A DNA stretch of 64,000 nt from an uncultured Hyphomicrobiales bacterium (GTDB lineage Bacteria; Bacteroidota; Ignavibacteria; Kapaibacteriales; Kapaibacteriaceae). Shown here in pieces: positions 60,203 to 64,000 of the stretch. The position numbers were made by a program, and so were the translations under genes. A model generated the notes under the pieces. The model was given only the letters and a program-made list of their open reading frames with translations. It was not told the origin of the DNA and made no database searches. The stretch covers positions 29,795 to 93,794 of the forward strand of contig CAZUGQ010000007.1 in the NCBI GenBank assembly GCA_964620125.1, given 5' to 3'. Every line of letters starts with the position of its first letter. Position 1 is the first letter of the stretch.

Positions 60203-61230
60203 TGTTCGTCTCCATGTTGTGCAAGAAAGTGCTCGGCTTCGAGCACATCTTCGGTACTACCCATAAAGCATGGAATGCGCTGATGCAGAGAGGATGGCTG
60301 AACGTCCATCACTCGTTGAGTACCTGTGGATGCTCTGCCTCCAGCCTGCTCAATGATGAATGCCATCGGATTCACTTCGTACACTAATCGCAGTTTTCCA
60401 TTTGGAGCCGTTTCATCTGCAGGATACATGAAGATGCCACCGTAGTGCAACGTTCGGTGGATATCGGCAACCATGGTTCCCACGTAGCGAAGGGAGTAGG
60501 GCCGACTTCCATCTTCACTTGGAGTAAGCAAGTGCCGTACATACCTCCGAACGGGTTCCGGCCATTTATGAGAGTTGCCGCTATTCACACTATAGATTCT
60601 TCCCCGTGGTGGGATACGAATGTTCTCAAAGGTGAGAAGGAATTCTCCAATCGTGGGATCGAAGGTGAATACATTCACGCCCTGCCCTGTGGTATACACT
60701 AGCTGAGTGCTCGATCCATACATGGCATACCCTGCAGCAACCTGTTTGAAACCAGGCTGCAGAACGTCTTCGATGGTGCCATCAGCAGTGGACAGTGGGT
60801 CAATACGCTTGTACACCGAAAAAATCGTACCGATGGATACATTCACATCGATGTTGCTTGACCCATCGAGTGGATCGAACACCAGCACGTACTTTCCCTT
60901 GGAGAATTCTTCTGGTATCGTTATCAGATTTTCATCCTCTTCCGATGCCATTACGCAGAGATGTCCACCATGATCCATGGCTCTGAAAACAACGTCATTG
61001 GCATGGATGTCTAGCCGCTTCACCCGCTCGCCATGCACATTGGTGGACTCAGTAAGCCCGAGAATATCATTGAGGCCTGAACGGCGAACGTCTCGCGCTA
61101 GGATGCGAATGGCAAGCGTCAGGTCTCGCAAAAGTCGAGAGAACTCTCCGGTTGCCTCGGGATGGAGAGCACCTTGCTCAACGATGTGCCGTTCAATAGT
61201 AACAAGGCGCGAAGTCTTGACGAGAGGCAT
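60199..61230 (-). CDS. fbp: fructose-1,6-bisphosphatase class 1
   Basis: Length 343 aa. DPLDGSSNIDVNVSIGTIFS is the metal-binding motif. GKLRLVYEVNPMAFIIEQAGG is the FBPase signature. Confidence 0.9.
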   Translation of the reverse strand: MPLVKTSRLVTIERHIVEQGALHPEATGEFSRLLRDLTLAIRILARDVRRSGLNDILGLTESTNVHGERVKRLDIHANDVVFRAMDHGGHLCVMASEEDENLITIPEEFSKGKYVLVFDPLDGSSNIDVNVSIGTIFSVYKRIDPLSTADGTIEDVLQPGFKQVAAGYAMYGSSTQLVYTTGQGVNVFTFDPTIGEFLLTFENIRIPPRGRIYSVNSGNSHKWPEPVRRYVRHLLTPSEDGSRPYSLRYVGTMVADIHRTLHYGGIFMYPADETAPNGKLRLVYEVNPMAFIIEQAGGRASTGTQRVMDVQPSSLHQRIPCFMGSTEDVLEAEHFLAQHGDEQ

Positions 61231-61242
61231 CAGGCAACGCTA

Positions 61243-61701
61243 TCAATGGGTTTTGTTTGATTCCAAGCGTACCGACAGCACTGGACACGGAGACTTTCGC
61301 AACACACGCTCTGTTGTGCTACCAAACAGGAAATGTTCGAATCCACTTCGTCCATGAGTACCGATCGTGATGATACTGATACCATGCTCGATAGCATAGG
61401 AACAGATTTCATCGCTGGCACGTCCGCGGCGAACCGAAGCCACAACCTTGAACCCTTCGGCGCGCAGTGCATCAGCTAGCTTTTGGATTTCCTGCTCACT
61501 GTTTTGTTGGAGTTCGGCTTCGATATCAGCGAATCCAACCTGGGCGTAACTCCAGTCGGCCGGGTACACAACTGGTTCAACTACATGCAGCAGGTGCAAC
61601 TCTGCACCAGTACCGCGTGCAACCTCCTTGGCAAGAGCGATAGCACGCAAGCTATTTTCTGAGAAGTCTGTAGGTACTAGGAGTGAAGCAACCGTAAACA
61701 T
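61243..61701 (-). CDS. uspA: universal stress protein (UspA family)
   Basis: ILVPTDFSENSLRAIALA...LHLLHVVEP...IITIGTHGRSGFEHFLFGSTTERVLRKSPCPVLSVR contains the ATP-binding G-2x-G-9x-G(S/T) motif. Confidence 0.85.
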   Translation of the reverse strand: MFTVASLLVPTDFSENSLRAIALAKEVARGTGAELHLLHVVEPVVYPADWSYAQVGFADIEAELQQNSEQEIQKLADALRAEGFKVVASVRRGRASDEICSYAIEHGISIITIGTHGRSGFEHFLFGSTTERVLRKSPCPVLSVRLESNKTH

Positions 61702-61747
61702 GTGTGTTTGCTAGGTTTGTTATCAAGATGGCGCAATGTAGCAAACG

Positions 61748-64000
61748 ATGATCGTTCCAAGGGTTACCGTGATTACAAATCCGTTCGTATCCGTTCTAGC
61801 ATGCATCATTTCCATTCTCGGATTTGTCTCCCCCGCTCTTGCAGGCGAGCGAACAAACCGGGGGTGGGAATTCTTGATTTCAAACAACGAAGTTTCTGCC
61901 ATTGAAGAGTTCGAGGCTGCGGTGCGTGAGGATCCGTCCGACCTGCGAGCCTACCTAGGCATGAGCTATGCCTACGAACTCCAGCTCGACTTCCGTAATG
62001 CCTGGAGTGCATTCCGCAGGGGGCTTGAAGTTGCCGAGAATCCGCATCCCTACATCTTCGCTGCTCAATACACACGGAGATTTACCGGTAATCTCTATGA
62101 CCGCCAGAGCGGAATACGTGAAGTTGTTCGCAACATCATAGATGACCCAGACAGCCTTGGCATTCTTCGTGCCATGGGCTACGAGATGTTGGGCGGCATG
62201 GAGGAACGTGCTGGCGATGTGGAGCAGGCACGGCGATTCTATAATCTTATCGGCTCGATCGACACGTGGCGCCTCATCGGACCTTTCAACAACATCTCGG
62301 GATCCGGCTTGGATAAGCCTTGGCCGCCTGAGCTGGAAGACGCTGATAGTATTTACAGCGGTGCCGACCTTCGCAAGGTTTGGTGGTTCGATCCACCAAA
62401 TTCTAGGATTGATGGTTGGGTTGATTTCGCCCGCCACTTTCCCGGTGTGTACGGCGTTTTTTACGCTCGTTGCTACGTGAAGTCGGCTGAACAGCAGCGT
62501 GTACACTTGCGGCTTGGTACATCTGGTGCATACAGACTTTTCCTGAATAATGAGCTGGTGTCGGAAACCTACGAGGAGCACAATAACGACCTCGACACCT
62601 ACATCACGGAAGTAACGCTTCAGGCAGGCTGGAACAGCATTGTGGTAAAGTGCGCGAATAGCAAGCTGGATCGTTGCAATTTCCTGCTCCGCATCACCGA
62701 TCAATCTGGTGTACCGATACCGAACCTGGAATCAACATCAACCAAGCAGGTGATCAAGGAAGCTAGCGCACAAGCACGTACAATCAGCAATCCTTTTATT
62801 GAATACTTCAGGGAGCAGATTCGGCTCTATCCCGAGCGATTGGAAAACTATCTGCAGCTCATTGAAGCACACTTACGCAATGATCAGGTGGACGATGCAG
62901 AAACCGTACTCCGGCCAGCACTGAAAAAATATCCGGATTGTATTGCTCTGCTGATGCTTGGTCTGGACACATACCAGCGTGGTTCTCGATCAGATGAAGT
63001 TGTGTCTACCATCGAACATATCAACGCTCTGCGGCCAGATTTGCCTTCCTCTCTGGTTTACACGTTTATGCGTGATCGTGCAACCAATCAGCTTGACTCA
63101 GCTACAGCAACCTTGGAAAGAATCAAGCTCAGGTTGCCGGGATCAATCGATTATTATGATGCCGCCATATCACTTGCACGAGCCAAGGATGACCAAGGTC
63201 TGGTGGTAGAACTCCAAGCACAAGCATTTAATGATCATCGTGAGAACATAACGTACGCCACGGCAGCAGCGATAATGGCATCGCGTGGTGAACGTGGTTA
63301 TGACGGCGCGCTGGATGTGGTTAACAGCCACCTTTCAGTGAACTACGGTGAGTCGGGCCTGCTGCTCAAGGCGAACATTCTCGAGGATGCTAAACGGTAC
63401 GACGAGTGGGAAAAGGTGTTCGTTCAGCTATTCGAACTTTCACCAGCCGCACCAGGATACCATTCGCGAATGTCTGACTCGTACGCAGAACGAAAGAGAT
63501 GGGAAGACGCTCTTCGAAGTATTGAACTTGCACTGCTGGACGCTCCCTGCGTAACCTGGCTTTGGCAACGATCGGCTACGTACCGCCGAACACTCCGCGA
63601 TACGGCTGGAGCCATGTCTGACTTTACTAAAGCCATTGATTGTGATCCGGCAAACTTCGACGTACGAACGGCGTTGCGCGAACTAAGGGGTGAGCCATCT
63701 GCCTTCAGTGTGATGAAGGGTAATGCAATCGACAGTTTGATACGCAATGCTCCAGATGCTGAACAGCTCCCTGATGAACACAGCGTTACGTTGCTGTTCG
63801 ATGTGCAGAGAGTTGTACGGGACGGCAGCCGATGTGCCGTGAAGTATGAATACTTGGTTCGTGTGCTAACGAAGGACGGTATTGACCGGTATAAAGAAAT
63901 GTCGCTTCCCGGAGGAAACGACATGAACGTTGAAAAGGCTGTGGTCATTAAAGCGAATGGGCGTGAGATTCCAGCTGACAGAAGCGGCAGATATGCCGTA
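61748..64000 (+). CDS. TPR-repeat protein with a signal peptide and a DUF3857-like domain toward its C-terminus, 3'-partial (runs off the window end)
   Basis: Translated by hand in frame 2 from the ATG at 61748, after an in-frame TAG at 61739-41. No stop occurs to position 63999, which is over 750 codons. Signal peptide MIVPRVTVITNPFVSVLACIISILGFVSPALAGE, then helical TPR-like repeats. The end YEYLVRVLTKDGIDRYKEMSLPGGNDMNVEKAVVIKANGREIP resembles DUF3857. This ORF is absent from the supplied track. Confidence 0.7.
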   Translation, partial: MIVPRVTVITNPFVSVLACIISILGFVSPALAGERTNRGWEFLISNNEVSAIEEFEAAVREDPSDLRAYLGMSYAYELQLDFRNAWSAFRRGLEVAENPHPYIFAAQYTRRFTGNLYDRQSGIREVVRNIIDDPDSLGILRAMGYEMLGGMEERAGDVEQARRFYNLIGSIDTWRLIGPFNNISGSGLDKPWPPELEDADSIYSGADLRKVWWFDPPNSRIDGWVDFARHFPGVYGVFYARCYVKSAEQQRVHLRLGTSGAYRLFLNNELVSETYEEHNNDLDTYITEVTLQAGWNSIVVKCANSKLDRCNFLLRITDQSGVPIPNLESTSTKQVIKEASAQARTISNPFIEYFREQIRLYPERLENYLQLIEAHLRNDQVDDAETVLRPALKKYPDCIALLMLGLDTYQRGSRSDEVVSTIEHINALRPDLPSSLVYTFMRDRATNQLDSATATLERIKLRLPGSIDYYDAAISLARAKDDQGLVVELQAQAFNDHRENITYATAAAIMASRGERGYDGALDVVNSHLSVNYGESGLLLKANILEDAKRYDEWEKVFVQLFELSPAAPGYHSRMSDSYAERKRWEDALRSIELALLDAPCVTWLWQRSATYRRTLRDTAGAMSDFTKAIDCDPANFDVRTALRELRGEPSAFSVMKGNAIDSLIRNAPDAEQLPDEHSVTLLFDVQRVVRDGSRCAVKYEYLVRVLTKDGIDRYKEMSLPGGNDMNVEKAVVIKANGREIPADRSGRYAV

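Noticed and set aside
61955-62704. 249-aa minus-strand ORF, and 63424..63948 (-)
   Set aside because: They are antisense to the unlisted long TPR-protein ORF on the plus strand, which has a signal peptide and an uninterrupted frame of more than 750 codons.

Overview
This 64 kb window is a chromosomal segment with about 50-55% GC, apparently from a member of the Fibrobacteres-Chlorobi-Bacteroidetes (FCB) group (Bacteroidota-, Chlorobi- or Rhodothermaeota-like). The taxonomic hints are many C-terminal sorting domains of the type IX secretion system (T9SS), a DUF3108 protein, the conserved MoxR/DUF58/DUF4350/DUF4129/SpoIIM-like/RDD gene cluster, and proteins with an IgGFc-binding-like N-terminal domain. 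Coding density is high, with about 55 CDS. No rRNA, tRNA, CRISPR array, transposase or integrase was recognised. Housekeeping genes include purA, secD, secF, trmB, aat, a class A penicillin-binding protein, kynurenine 3-monooxygenase, ldcA, ctpA, a transaldolase, crtI, prfA, the beta subunit of an acyl-CoA carboxylase, nusB, leucine dehydrogenase, a Tat-exported superoxide dismutase, fbp and uspA. Between these lie at least five very large secreted or surface proteins that carry a T9SS C-terminal domain (CTD). The most unusual features are non-coding. (1) A family of 15-bp repeats with the core GTGCCGGG/CCCGGCAC occurs as a tandem array of about ten units at 48134-48283, in the divergent promoter between a surface-protein operon and prfA. 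Two further units form each arm of a perfect 31-bp palindrome at 5136-5200, upstream of another giant T9SS gene. (2) A G10 homopolymer splits a T9SS surface protein of roughly 1460 aa into two overlapping ORFs, which is either a phase-variation site or a sequencing error. (3) Three IgGFc-binding-like paralogues carry different C-terminal anchoring modules. The supplied ORF track omits a long TPR/DUF3857-like ORF (61748 to the window end, + strand) because it runs off the 3' edge. The leading ORF (3..869) is a 5'-truncated gene whose initial 'M' is a translated TTG.
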